Positions 32,699-42,045 of a stretch of 42,663 nt of DNA are shown here, in pieces. Below the pieces are notes generated by a model. That model did not search any database. It saw only the letters and a list, made by a program, of their open reading frames with translations, and was not told where the DNA came from. Within the stretch, counting starts at the first letter, position 1; every line of letters starts with the position of its first letter. This stretch comes from a virus: the IMG/VR virus record IMGVR_UViG_3300045988_096562; one strand, given 5' to 3'. The position numbers and the translations under genes are program-made.

Positions 32699-33761
32699 TA
32701 ATTTGCGCCGCGTTACTGTCAAACTGCAGTATGAACAGAAGGACATTACTCAAGACCTAGTTCCTTATTTAAAGGACTTCAGTTTTAACGATGTAATGTC
32801 GGGAGAGGCTGATGATATATCAATTACATTACATGATATAGAAGAACTTTGGATGTCTGACTGGTTCCCTGAAAAAGGGGCTAAGTTGACCGCATCAATT
32901 GTATTCCACAACTGGAATGAACTCGGAGACGAGATAGAAATGAAATGCGGCCAATTTGAGATAGACGAGATTACTTGTAAAAATCCACCTCACGAAGTAA
33001 CCATAGGGGCGGTTAGTGTTCCAGATGAATCGAAATTAAGAGGAGAACTGAAGAGTAGGTCTTGGGAGAAGACTACTCTCAAAACTGTCGCCGAGGAACT
33101 TGCAAAAGGTGCAGGGCTCGAATTGTTTTATGATACGCCTGAAACGATTGATTTAGACCGCGTCGAACAGTCCGATCAATCAGATTTAGAATTCTTGATG
33201 AAAGTCTGCAAGGATAACGGACTTGCTCTAAAGGTTTCAGATAAGCAAGTGATTATTTTTGATGAAACAAAATTTGAAATGGAAAAAGTAGTCGCAACGC
33301 TAATTAATGGGCCAATGCCTACGGACCTTACAGAAGACCAAATTAAGGAACTAGGGGAAATCATTCCCTATCAAGGAAGTTATTCCTTAAAGTCTTCGCT
33401 GAAGGATATCTATTGGGGCTGCCACGTAAAGCATAAGAGTACTAAACAAAAGAGTAATATTGAGTATACGTTCAAAGATCCGCATAAAACGCAAGGCAAG
33501 ATACTACAGGTTAACCAGGGATGCGAGACTCAGGCAGAAGCTGAACGCTTAGCCAAGAAAAAGCTGCGTGAAAAGAACAAGAATGAAATCACCGGTTCAG
33601 TCGCTATGCTTGGACATATTGTGCTGGCTGCATCAGCCACAATAAACTTAAAAGGATTCGGTAAATTTGACGGCAAGTATATCATTAGTAAATGCTCCCA
33701 TAAGGTGGGGGGCGGGTATACTCAAAGCCTAGATATAAGGAGGTGCTTAGATGGATATTAG
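32691..33761 (+). CDS. Baseplate hub / late control D-like protein (P2 gpD, Mu gp44 analogue)
   Basis: 356 aa, directly after the tape measure gene and before the gpV-like spike. Assigned by order and size. Confidence 0.6.
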   Translation: MPSNLRRVTVKLQYEQKDITQDLVPYLKDFSFNDVMSGEADDISITLHDIEELWMSDWFPEKGAKLTASIVFHNWNELGDEIEMKCGQFEIDEITCKNPPHEVTIGAVSVPDESKLRGELKSRSWEKTTLKTVAEELAKGAGLELFYDTPETIDLDRVEQSDQSDLEFLMKVCKDNGLALKVSDKQVIIFDETKFEMEKVVATLINGPMPTDLTEDQIKELGEIIPYQGSYSLKSSLKDIYWGCHVKHKSTKQKSNIEYTFKDPHKTQGKILQVNQGCETQAEAERLAKKKLREKNKNEITGSVAMLGHIVLAASATINLKGFGKFDGKYIISKCSHKVGGGYTQSLDIRRCLDGY

Positions 33762-34233
33762 TGTGGCCTTAAAAAATTTAATTCGTGACGGCATCGTATC
33801 TAGTACAGACCCATCAACCATGACGGCTAGGGTAACATTTCCGGACCGAGACGATTTAGTGTCGTATCCACTCGAAGTACTTTCTCATGGATCACAAGCT
33901 AATAAACACTACTGGATGCCAGGAGTTGGCGAACAGGTATTATGTTTATTCCTACCTCAAAATAACAATTTGTCCCAGGGCTACATCTTAGGCACCACGT
34001 ATAATGCCAAGGATAAGCCCTCTTTTAATGGGCAAAATATCCACGGAATCAAATTTGCGGACGGCTCTACTATCTCGTATGATGCGGACGGTGGAGGACT
34101 TGTTATTAATTGTACCGGTAATCTAACTATAAACGCTCCTTCAGGGGATGTGGTGGTTAACGGAATTAGTTTAGTATCTCATACACATGGTGGCGTCGTT
34201 CCTGGTGGCGGTAATACAGGAACACCGAATTAA
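33751..34233 (+). CDS. Baseplate spike protein, gpV-like
   Basis: GIVSSTDPSTMTARVTFPDRDDLVSYPLEVLS...WMPGVGEQVLCLF...GYILG matches the gpV N-domain pattern. Confidence 0.8.
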   Translation: MDISVALKNLIRDGIVSSTDPSTMTARVTFPDRDDLVSYPLEVLSHGSQANKHYWMPGVGEQVLCLFLPQNNNLSQGYILGTTYNAKDKPSFNGQNIHGIKFADGSTISYDADGGGLVINCTGNLTINAPSGDVVVNGISLVSHTHGGVVPGGGNTGTPN

Positions 34234-34239
34234 TAGGAG

Positions 34240-34857
34240 GTGAGTAACATATCATTGTTAAGTAAATTAGGCGGTGCTGTTGCTAATTATAAGAAAAACC
34301 TTAATTCACAAGGTTTAAAGAATTTGCAAAATACACAATTAGGCGATGTGGCTTACTCTCGCCTATCTAATCTAGCCGATAAGTTTGGCCTGGGCGGATA
34401 CTTACCGCAACGCCAATTAGGTAGTTTCGGAAAAATAGTATTTGTAGCGTCCTCACACACGGTGCGTACGTTCGACGCATTGGCCCGAAATATCAACGCA
34501 CGAACAGCGTCCCACGAAATCATAGGGCAAAAGCCAATACTTGAATTCTTGGGGCCTGATGGGGATGATATCACCTTCACGATGAACTTTAATAAGTTGT
34601 TGGGTGTTGATCCTTTGAAAGAGATTGAGGAAGTGGCCAAAATGTGCCGAGAAGGTCAAGCTGAGCAGTTGATTATTAACGGCAAGCCTTTTAGTGAACA
34701 CAAATTACTGATCACCAGTATAAGCGCAGCGATGAATACGATTGATAATCGAGGTAATGTATTATCTGCATCCATCAATGTAACGCTGAAGGAGGCCCCT
34801 GATGTTCCTAAAGTTGTAATCACACCTAAACAAGGAGGCGGTACAAATGCAAATTGA
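34240..34857 (+). CDS. P2 gpU-like tail protein (start uncertain: GTG 34240 or TTG 34255)
   Basis: GKIVFVASSHTVRTFDALARNINARTASHEIIGQKPILEFLGPDGDDITFTMNF...LIINGKPF resembles the GpU family. The GTG overlaps the AGGAGG RBS. Confidence 0.55.
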   Translation: MSNISLLSKLGGAVANYKKNLNSQGLKNLQNTQLGDVAYSRLSNLADKFGLGGYLPQRQLGSFGKIVFVASSHTVRTFDALARNINARTASHEIIGQKPILEFLGPDGDDITFTMNFNKLLGVDPLKEIEEVAKMCREGQAEQLIINGKPFSEHKLLITSISAAMNTIDNRGNVLSASINVTLKEAPDVPKVVITPKQGGGTNAN

Positions 34858-35206
34858 CGTGAGCGCTCGTCTTGAAGGTATTGATTTTGCACCTAAGGAT
34901 ATTCTTACAGAGATTATTCAAAATGTGCGTACCGTTATTTCTACAACGCAATTCACAGTACCCCTTGATAGGCGATTTGGTATCGATGGTACTGTAATCG
35001 ACTTACCTATGCCTGTGGCAATGGCTAGAATATCTGCCGAAGTGATTCGAGCAATTACCGAATATGAACCGCGCTGCAGAGTCGTTTCAGTTGACTTTGA
35101 AGAAACGGCTGCTACTGAGGCGGAGGAAGGGCATTTGACGCCTAAGGTATCCATAGCAATCAAAGATGAATGGCTAGAAAGAGTAGGTGGCTATGAAGCA
35201 GTATAG
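34847..35206 (+). CDS. Baseplate wedge protein, gpW/gp25-like
   Basis: 119 aa. ILTEIIQNVRTVISTTQFTVPLDRRFGIDG is the gp25-like motif. Confidence 0.75.
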   Translation: MQIDVSARLEGIDFAPKDILTEIIQNVRTVISTTQFTVPLDRRFGIDGTVIDLPMPVAMARISAEVIRAITEYEPRCRVVSVDFEETAATEAEEGHLTPKVSIAIKDEWLERVGGYEAV

Positions 35207-35393
35207 AACTGTCCAAGGCGATATGTGGGACGGTATAGCCTTTAAAGTGTATGGCAGTGAAGCGTATATGAATGTGTTACTAGAAGCTAATCAAGAGTAT
35301 GCCCATTATGTCATCCTTCCCGCTAATCTTATTTTAAAATGCCCTGATGCAAATCTAAGGGCTACCATTAATTTACCACCGTGGAGGCGATAA
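35193..35393 (+). CDS. P2 gpX-like tail protein (LysM-like)
   Basis: YRTVQGDMWDGIAFKVYGSEAYMNVLLEANQEYAHYVILPANLILKCPD...LPPW parallels P2 gpX (QGDTLDAICVRYYG...LAANPGL...LPD...LWE). Confidence 0.75.
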   Translation: MKQYRTVQGDMWDGIAFKVYGSEAYMNVLLEANQEYAHYVILPANLILKCPDANLRATINLPPWRR

Positions 35394-35395
35394 TA

Positions 35396-36529
35396 ATGAA
35401 CTTACCTGAAATCAACTTTGTCACGGCGGATAAAGAAGCCGTCGAAAAGGAAATATTCGCTCTCTACACTTCCGTAACTGGGCGAACACTAGCTCCGGCC
35501 GATCCGATTCGTTTGTTTTTATTAGTAATTACTAATATAGTCATTCTACTACTTAATCGAATTAATGATACCGGCAAGCAAAATTTATTGGCGTATGCAA
35601 GGGGCGATAACCTAGACCACATAGGTATTGCATTAGGAGTGGAACGTTTACAAGCTACAGGTGCCGTTACCACAATGAAGTTAACCGCATCAATGGCAAG
35701 ACCCGAGGGCATAGCCATCCCTAAAGGCACACGATTTACTTCAGGAGATGGTGCATTTTTTGCACTAACTGAGCCTTACTATCTGTCAGCTACACAAACA
35801 ACAATAAGCGTAAAAGCGGTATGCACAGAAGCTTCAGCTAAAGGGAATGGCTACCCAGTAGGGTCGATTACCACTCTTGTAGATCCTATTCCATATATCG
35901 CTAGTGTAACCAATACCACTATATCTGAAGGTGGTGCCGATACGGAGACAGACGACGCATTCCGTGAACGTATTAGAGAAGCACCTGAGAGTTTTTCGTG
36001 TGCTGGTGCAGAAGGGGCTTATGAGTTTTTTACTAAAAAAGCATCTGCTCTTATTAGTTCAGTAAAAGTGATATCTCCTAAGCCTGGTGATGTGGTTGTA
36101 TATCCAGGTCTTGCATCTGGTGAAATAGCCAAGGAAGAGATTCTCAAATTAGTGGAAACTGTACTTACTGACAAGAAGGTACGCCCTCTTACTGATAATG
36201 TATCTGTGAAAGCTCCTACTGCTAGGAATTATAGTATAGCGTTGCAGTATTATATTGATTCTGATAATTCGTATTATGCAGATACGATTAAAGGTCGTGT
36301 TGATGCTGCAGTTGCTGATTATATAAAATGGCAATCTGCAAAAGTAGGGCGTGATATTATACCGTCTGAATTAATTCGTCGAGTTATGGAGGCAGGCGCC
36401 AAACGCGTTACCGTAACTTCGCCTACTTTTACGGTTGTTAAAGATGGTCGTAAAGAAGATGATTACCAGGTTGAGCTAGCTCAATGCATAGGCAAGACAA
36501 TTACTTATGGGGGTGTAGAGCATGAATAA
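35396..36529 (+). CDS. Baseplate protein J-like
   Basis: About 377 aa from the ATG 8 nt after GGAGG. Position and size fit gpJ, along with ETDDAFRERIREAPESFSCAGAEGAYEFF. Confidence 0.8.
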   Translation: MNLPEINFVTADKEAVEKEIFALYTSVTGRTLAPADPIRLFLLVITNIVILLLNRINDTGKQNLLAYARGDNLDHIGIALGVERLQATGAVTTMKLTASMARPEGIAIPKGTRFTSGDGAFFALTEPYYLSATQTTISVKAVCTEASAKGNGYPVGSITTLVDPIPYIASVTNTTISEGGADTETDDAFRERIREAPESFSCAGAEGAYEFFTKKASALISSVKVISPKPGDVVVYPGLASGEIAKEEILKLVETVLTDKKVRPLTDNVSVKAPTARNYSIALQYYIDSDNSYYADTIKGRVDAAVADYIKWQSAKVGRDIIPSELIRRVMEAGAKRVTVTSPTFTVVKDGRKEDDYQVELAQCIGKTITYGGVEHE

Positions 36530-37166
36530 TCTCTACGACTTTAATTTAAAAGACACATTGCCTAGTTCGATTGCTAGCGATACTAAAGTCCAAGCCCTTG
36601 CAGAAGTTGTTACATTACGGCTTATCGACCTTATGCCAATGGTCGATAAGTTAACTATACTATCTCATTTAAACGAGTTAAGCACCCCTATTTTAGATGA
36701 GGTAGCGTGGCATTTACATGTTGATTTTTACGACGAAGCGGCAACTAGGGAACAAAAAATTAAGCTAATTCTTAATTCTATTACCTGGCACAGGAGAAAA
36801 GGGACAGTTGGGTTAGTAGAAGAAGCTATAGGTGAATTATATTCGGAATGTGAAGTTATCGAAAATTGGGATTACGAAGGCGGTCAACCTTACCATTTTA
36901 AATTACAAATGACGGGTTATATGATGACTCCTAATATTCGTGAAAGAGTATTGCGAATATTAGATTTCGTTAAGAATAAGAGGTCGTGGCTGGATAGCAT
37001 AGAATATGTGCACGAAATAAACTCTGAAGGTGTCTATATTGGTGGCGTAACCACTTCGGCGGGGAGTGCCGTGATTGAGCCGTCCCTGAAAATCACTATA
37101 GAGCCGCAGATTCAAAAAGTTTATATAGGTGGTGCAGCTACTACTTATCAAATTATTCATATTTAG
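36522..37166 (+). CDS. Tail protein I-like (P2 gpI)
   Basis: LPSSIASDTKVQALAEV...ILDEVAWHLHVDFYDEAATREQKIKLILNSITWHRRKGTVGLVEEAI matches the gpI family. Confidence 0.85.
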   Translation: MNNLYDFNLKDTLPSSIASDTKVQALAEVVTLRLIDLMPMVDKLTILSHLNELSTPILDEVAWHLHVDFYDEAATREQKIKLILNSITWHRRKGTVGLVEEAIGELYSECEVIENWDYEGGQPYHFKLQMTGYMMTPNIRERVLRILDFVKNKRSWLDSIEYVHEINSEGVYIGGVTTSAGSAVIEPSLKITIEPQIQKVYIGGAATTYQIIHI

Positions 37167-37175
37167 GAGGTACAA

Positions 37176-38174
37176 ATGGCAAAATACCCTGCTGTCATTA
37201 CAACAATGGCAGGTACTAATGCAACAGCAGAAGCTAACGCAAGTAAGCAGGCTTTAATTTTTACTAAAATCGTAATTGGCGCAGGTGATCCTCCTGCATC
37301 AATTGCTCGTGCTACAGGTTTAACTGATAAACGATTAGAATTGGCTATTACTAAAAGCACTAAGTCCGGTGACGGACAATTTACAGTTCAAGCTTCTTTA
37401 TCGAACGCGAATTTAGAAACTGGTTTCTATGCACGTGAGATTGGATTGATGGCCAAAGTAGGCGAATCTGGACGAGAGGTTCTTTTCTCTTACACAAATG
37501 GCGGTAGTTATGTGGACTATATCCCAGATAAGACTACACCTATGGACAGCTATATATTCACTATTACAACAGTGATAGGGAACGCCGAAAAAGTACAAGC
37601 CATTGTACAGGATAATGGCTACGCAACAATTCATGATTTAGAGGGTCACAATAAATCGACTAATGCACATCGAGCAGAGTTCGATAAGAAACTTGATGCA
37701 AACTCTAGACAGTACGTTAAAGCACTCGCTAAACATAACCAAGGTCTACAAGTAACAAAAGGCGATAATTCACAAGAAACTATTGGATTTATCACAAGTA
37801 ACTATAATGATAGCGATATAAACAAAGTGCTTAACTTAGGCACTCTTAAAAGTATTTTAGGTCAAGGCGGTATTTTAGCGTCTAAACTTGATCGTGATAA
37901 TGGCTATGTAAAATTTGCCAACGGCTTTATTTTACAATGGGGACTATCCTGGTTCGAAGACCAAAATACTTATCGTGATATTACATTGCCGATAAATTGT
38001 AATGTACTAGTTGCTTTTACTACTGATGACATTGCCGGCAGCACTACACGAGGCGACGAATTCTATTTAACGTGGAATAGTGGTTTTTCTGCTAACAATA
38101 AGGTTTCTATTCGTTTCCTAGCTAATAGAGGGAGTGCAGGGAGTTTCACTTGGTTATGTATAGGTAAAGCATAA
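37176..38174 (+). CDS. Tail fibre protein
   Basis: 332 aa. The N-terminus YPAVITTMAGTNATAEANASKQALIFTKIVIGAGDPP...LTDKRLEL is the conserved tail-fibre N-domain of P2/Mu-type phages. The C-terminus is divergent. Confidence 0.8.
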   Translation: MAKYPAVITTMAGTNATAEANASKQALIFTKIVIGAGDPPASIARATGLTDKRLELAITKSTKSGDGQFTVQASLSNANLETGFYAREIGLMAKVGESGREVLFSYTNGGSYVDYIPDKTTPMDSYIFTITTVIGNAEKVQAIVQDNGYATIHDLEGHNKSTNAHRAEFDKKLDANSRQYVKALAKHNQGLQVTKGDNSQETIGFITSNYNDSDINKVLNLGTLKSILGQGGILASKLDRDNGYVKFANGFILQWGLSWFEDQNTYRDITLPINCNVLVAFTTDDIAGSTTRGDEFYLTWNSGFSANNKVSIRFLANRGSAGSFTWLCIGKA

Positions 38175-38186
38175 TGGGAGGAAAAG

Positions 38187-38579
38187 ATGAACCAATATGT
38201 ATTTGTATTAAATGAAAAAGGTGCACGAATTACTTCTTTTGTTGATAATACAATTTCAAAAGAGGAACTGATAGCACTGGCTAAGCAAGATTACCCTAAT
38301 GCAACTGACTATATTTACTCTGCAGATGGGGATAGTATGCTAGATGAATTCATGAAAGGTAAATTGTATGTAGGTGGTCAATTTGTATCTGCTCCAGTTC
38401 ATGAGTTAACGAAGGCAGAAAAGATTGCGGAGATTCGTTCCTATTACAATCGTCGTTTTGAAACACTAGATCAGGCATTGATACGAAGACGCTTAGCAAA
38501 CGGTGACATAAGCGATTTACAAGAACAGTTTAAGAAAATTAATGCGGAAATGATTGCTAAGATTAAGGCGGTGAAATAA
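38187..38579 (+). CDS. Putative tail fibre assembly chaperone
   Basis: 130 aa immediately downstream of the fibre gene. Assigned by position only. Confidence 0.5.
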   Translation: MNQYVFVLNEKGARITSFVDNTISKEELIALAKQDYPNATDYIYSADGDSMLDEFMKGKLYVGGQFVSAPVHELTKAEKIAEIRSYYNRRFETLDQALIRRRLANGDISDLQEQFKKINAEMIAKIKAVK

Positions 38580-38581
38580 CT

Positions 38582-38737
38582 ATGGCAGATATTAAAAGCG
38601 ATGTTCCAGTAATGCACTTTTGTGAGTACTGTTGGGCTACTTTAAATGCCGACGGTACTTGCCCAACAGAAGGATGCATTCATAATGATCTAATGGATTT
38701 AGAAATGGGTGAAGATGATGACGCCGGTCAAGCATAA
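38582..38737 (+). CDS. 51-aa Cys-rich (zinc-ribbon-like) acidic protein, below the ORF-track cutoff
   Basis: Hand translation gives [51 protein letters not shown]. It starts 3 nt after the previous stop. Confidence 0.4.
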   Translation: MADIKSDVPVMHFCEYCWATLNADGTCPTEGCIHNDLMDLEMGEDDDAGQA

Positions 38738-39053
38738 TCTATCTGCTGTTAAGGGCGAATTTATCACCTTAACGATCGGATATAATAGCTCAGTAGAGCC
38801 GGAGGATTTGTTTTCCTGTGTAAGAAAGTTTGTTCAAGATGATCACTACGAAGCCAAATTTAATATCACAGTATCAAAGGATAATTTAGCAGCAGGTGAA
38901 CGCTGTAGAATTATCCTTTCTTTGGATACAAAAGAATTACTTGACGGCAGATACGTATGGGATTTATTTATTTGGGCCGAAGGCAGACCTGTCAAATGTC
39001 TTATTAAAGGGCAATTAACTATTCTTGAAGGTGTCAGCAACAGAGGAAAATAG
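38709..39053 (+). CDS. Hypothetical virion-associated protein (start possibly 38715/38718)
   Basis: 114 aa. The pattern of alternating beta-like segments ending [10 protein letters not shown] is typical of small Ig-like fibre accessory domains. No firm motif. Confidence 0.6.
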   Translation: MKMMTPVKHNLSAVKGEFITLTIGYNSSVEPEDLFSCVRKFVQDDHYEAKFNITVSKDNLAAGERCRIILSLDTKELLDGRYVWDLFIWAEGRPVKCLIKGQLTILEGVSNRGK

Positions 39054-39054
39054 T

Positions 39055-39456
39055 ATGAGTGATATTAACGTTTATGCAGGTGAAGGGGATACAGTAGTCA
39101 TTGAGGGGCATACCCAAATAATCAAAATGAGAGGCCCAAAAGGCGATGCGGGGCCGCCTGGACCTAAAGGAGAACCAGGAGAACCTGGTAAAAATGGTGC
39201 AGATGGTGCGAGAGGAGAACAAGGTCCTCCGGGCCCTAAGGGTGAACCATTACGCTTTGAGGATTTAACCGAAAACCAAAAGCAACAAATTAAAGGAGAA
39301 AAGGGCGACCGCGGTGAGAAAGGCCAAAAAGGGGACCCAGGCGAACCAGGTCCTATAGGGTTAACAGGCCCTGCACCTGACACTAGTGAGTTCATGGTTA
39401 AAGATGAACTCGAACAAATCATTATTGAGTTACGAAAAATCAACGGAGGAAATTAA
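39055..39456 (+). CDS. Collagen-like repeat protein (accessory fibre)
   Basis: Two uninterrupted G-X-Y blocks: 13 triplets at 39133-39249 and 9 triplets at 39295-39375. The ATG at 39055 directly follows the previous stop. Confidence 0.85.
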   Translation: MSDINVYAGEGDTVVIEGHTQIIKMRGPKGDAGPPGPKGEPGEPGKNGADGARGEQGPPGPKGEPLRFEDLTENQKQQIKGEKGDRGEKGQKGDPGEPGPIGLTGPAPDTSEFMVKDELEQIIIELRKINGGN

Positions 39457-39458
39457 CA

Positions 39459-40163
39459 ATGGTAAGACCAAAACAAGCAATTATTAATGATTTAATGGGT
39501 GAATTGGATAAATTTGGTGGTCATATCACTCAAATTAGGGACGCTATCCAATCTAAAGGAGTAACATCCGAAGGTAAATTATTCAAGTTTGCAGAAGAAA
39601 TCAACCGCATTGAACCTGCTAGTACTTATGGATATATCCTTGATGCGGTAAAAGGTGCATATAGTAAAGGCTATTCTGATAGTGAGATTGTTGGGATTAT
39701 TAATAATTTAGCAAATAAGAATCAACCACCTCAACCACAACCAGGTCCGAACCCTGCACCTACTTTTGATGCAGCAACTGCTACCGAAATTCCAGCCGGT
39801 CAATTCCAAGGCCGTAGAGACTTAGAGGGCGAATTGATTTGCCCTCACGTCATCAAAGTTGGGGCTAATGCGTTTACTGGATGTGAGTATAGCGTTGCGA
39901 ACTTGCCGCAAGCTAGTGATATTAATAAGGATGCTTTTAAAGGATCCTATATTACTTTGCTAGAGATTCCTAAATTTGTATGGAAAGATAGTAATTTAGA
40001 CTTAATGGGTGCTTACAATTTATTTAGAATTAACACTATTATTGTGGCTGATGAGTCTACTCCGCCTTCAGATTTAGGTTTTATTAAACCTGGTATTATG
40101 GTTTATAATCACGACCGTAGCAAGAAATGGGATGTTTACAATAATGAGTGGAAGCCAGTGTAA
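39459..40163 (+). CDS. Hypothetical protein with a Pro/Gln linker and BspA-type leucine-rich-repeat-like segment
   Basis: 234 aa. NQPPQPQPGPNPAP is followed by IPAGQFQGRRDLEGELICPHVIKVGANAFTGCEYSVANLPQASDINKDAFKGSYITLLEIP. Confidence 0.65.
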   Translation: MVRPKQAIINDLMGELDKFGGHITQIRDAIQSKGVTSEGKLFKFAEEINRIEPASTYGYILDAVKGAYSKGYSDSEIVGIINNLANKNQPPQPQPGPNPAPTFDAATATEIPAGQFQGRRDLEGELICPHVIKVGANAFTGCEYSVANLPQASDINKDAFKGSYITLLEIPKFVWKDSNLDLMGAYNLFRINTIIVADESTPPSDLGFIKPGIMVYNHDRSKKWDVYNNEWKPV

Positions 40164-40186
40164 TACTTTGGTAAGGAGATAATTGA

Positions 40187-40516
40187 ATGTGGACATGGCA
40201 ATTTGAACTTAATGACATACTAACGACATTAACCATTGTTAGTATAGTCGCAGGCCTTACATATAAAGTATTGGTGATTCCATTATTGGAAAAGCGTGAT
40301 TTACAGCACTTGCAAGATACACTTGTATTCCAAGAAAAAATGGGAGTTCTAACAGAAACCCTCAATGACTTGAAGAATGAAATCAAGTTATCTCGTGAAG
40401 AACGTGTAAAAGCATATACAGAACACGTGAAACTAGCCACAAGAGTAAAAGGAATGGAGTCGCGTATAGATGAGTTAAAGGAGGAGTTTCATGAACATAC
40501 CGCCAAAGCTCATTAA
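40187..40516 (+). CDS. Membrane-anchored coiled-coil protein of the lysis cassette
   Basis: 109 aa. An N-terminal TM helix LTTLTIVSIVAGLTYKVLVIPLL is followed by a heptad-rich segment. Confidence 0.65.
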   Translation: MWTWQFELNDILTTLTIVSIVAGLTYKVLVIPLLEKRDLQHLQDTLVFQEKMGVLTETLNDLKNEIKLSREERVKAYTEHVKLATRVKGMESRIDELKEEFHEHTAKAH

Positions 40517-40862
40517 TTCATTAAAAAAATCATATCAATCTGTTAGGGTGGACAACATCCATCCAACAGGAGTTCTTGCTACAAGGGCACTAGTACTGAC
40601 AATGCTAGTGCCTATTTTATTGGTGATTGCTCAATACATCATGGCTTTTATTAGTGGTTATGTATCTGATGATGCCAACAAGTTAATTAGTGTTGGTATT
40701 AATATCATAGATCATATATTCATCCCATCTGTTCTTACAGCGCTTGTTGGCTTCCTTGCATTATGGATAGACAAAAACGGAAACGGAATACCAGACAAAT
40801 TAGAAGAACAAACCAAAATGCCACCATTATCAAATATTACAGAAAGGAGTGATAAGAAGTGA
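40491..40862 (+). CDS. Putative holin
   Basis: 123 aa with two hydrophobic helices (VLTMLVPILLVIAQYIMAFISGY and IFIPSVLTALVGFLALWI) and a charged C-terminus. It lies directly upstream of the endolysin gene. Confidence 0.6.
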   Translation: MNIPPKLINSLKKSYQSVRVDNIHPTGVLATRALVLTMLVPILLVIAQYIMAFISGYVSDDANKLISVGINIIDHIFIPSVLTALVGFLALWIDKNGNGIPDKLEEQTKMPPLSNITERSDKK

Positions 40863-41482
40863 GAAAAGGGTTTGATATTTCAGCATGGCAAGAAGATTAT
40901 AACGGTAATCCTTATTTTAATCTTGAGAGAATGGAGCAAGCTAAAGCAGAGGGCAATGAATTTGTCATTATTAAGCTAGGCGAAGCATATAATGTAGATG
41001 AATATTTTGAAGAACATATGACTGCAGCATTAGAAGCAGGCTTAGAAGTAGGGGTATATTATTTTAGCCATGCGTACACAGAAGCAACCGCAGTGCAAGA
41101 AGCAGAATGGGTAATCAATACATTAAATGCATATGGATATACTGATTGGCATCTACAAGCTGGCATTTGGTATGACTATGAAGAACACTCTCAACTACGT
41201 GCATATATTAATGCTGGCGCACTTACATCTCAAGATATGACTAACTGTATGAGTAGATTTGTAAATAGATTATGGCAAGCAGGATTTAAAAATGTAGGTA
41301 TCTATAGTGGGTATTCCTTATTATGGGATGAAACATATGCATACAGTCAGATACCAAGTGTTCCTGTATGGTGCGCACAATATGGCGCAACAGAATGTGA
41401 CTATCCAGATGTTAAGATTTGGCAATATAGTGATAGTGGATATGTAGCAGGGGCAGAAGTAGATGTTAATTATATGTATTAG
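40859..41482 (+). CDS. Endolysin, GH25 muramidase
   Basis: 207 aa, GTG start. KGFDISAWQ...FVIIKLGEAYNVDEYFEEH...AGLEVGVYYFSHA...IWQYSDSG is the GH25 signature. No cell-wall-binding domain is appended. Confidence 0.85.
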   Translation: MRKGFDISAWQEDYNGNPYFNLERMEQAKAEGNEFVIIKLGEAYNVDEYFEEHMTAALEAGLEVGVYYFSHAYTEATAVQEAEWVINTLNAYGYTDWHLQAGIWYDYEEHSQLRAYINAGALTSQDMTNCMSRFVNRLWQAGFKNVGIYSGYSLLWDETYAYSQIPSVPVWCAQYGATECDYPDVKIWQYSDSGYVAGAEVDVNYMY

Positions 41483-41491
41483 GGGGTAAAT

Positions 41492-41926
41492 ATGTATGTT
41501 AAAATTAAACAATTTAATAAAAAGTATCCTTGGTGCGTTCCTGTTATTGGTATCATTGTGTGCTTCATCTGTGTATGGATCTACACCAACAGAAGCATTA
41601 ACATTGACACCACAGGAATACGCAACGCTGAAAACGAACTTCGACACGCTAGAGAGTACAATCAACAGGCAGTTGACTACAATCAACGAGTTAGAAATGC
41701 AGTTGAGAGTAGCCAAGCTATCAACGAGCGAACAGAAGAACGAATTAATCGAAGCGTTGAACTTAATCAAAGAACAGAGAACGCAATTAACAGAAGCACG
41801 GAACTTACTACAGAAGCAAGAGAAGATGCTGAACGAGCAAAAGCTATCATTAGAGAAAGCAGAAATGTACTTGAACGAGCAAAAGAAAGAAATACACAAA
41901 GCCAAGATGGAGCAACGCAAAAGTAA
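41492..41926 (+). CDS. Alternative overlapping ORF: N-terminal TM plus Asn/Arg/Glu-rich repeats (i-spanin-like, or a frame shadow)
   Basis: 144 aa starting 4 nt upstream of 41496, so 41496 is in the +1 frame relative to it. TM helix WCVPVIGIIVCFICVWIY. The open frame may only reflect the T-poor composition of this stretch. Confidence 0.3.
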   Translation: MYVKIKQFNKKYPWCVPVIGIIVCFICVWIYTNRSINIDTTGIRNAENELRHAREYNQQAVDYNQRVRNAVESSQAINERTEERINRSVELNQRTENAINRSTELTTEAREDAERAKAIIRESRNVLERAKERNTQSQDGATQK

Positions 41927-41981
41927 GTTGTTAAACATCTTATTAGGTGGTACTGTTATTTATCTTGCAACTAAGAACTAA
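41496..41981 (+). CDS. Spanin-like protein: N-terminal signal or lipoprotein-like peptide, coiled coil, C-terminal TM anchor
   Basis: 161 aa. MLKLNNLIKSILGAFLLLVSLCASSVYG, then regular Leu heptads, then LLNILLGGTVIYL. It extends to the cassette terminator. It is the favoured frame of the two overlapping ORFs. Confidence 0.55.
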   Translation: MLKLNNLIKSILGAFLLLVSLCASSVYGSTPTEALTLTPQEYATLKTNFDTLESTINRQLTTINELEMQLRVAKLSTSEQKNELIEALNLIKEQRTQLTEARNLLQKQEKMLNEQKLSLEKAEMYLNEQKKEIHKAKMEQRKSKLLNILLGGTVIYLATKN

Positions 41982-42045
41982 GGAAGTAATCCATATATCT
42001 CCTGAGCATGAGCAGGTGGACTCATGGATTGACTATAATAATGCA

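Noticed and set aside
39072-39443. 123-aa - strand ORF rich in Gly/Pro/Ser opposite the collagen-like gene
   Set aside because: It is a mirror artefact. The reverse complement of GGN-CCN repeats stays open and Pro/Gly-rich. The + strand frame has perfect G-X-Y periodicity and a proper start context.
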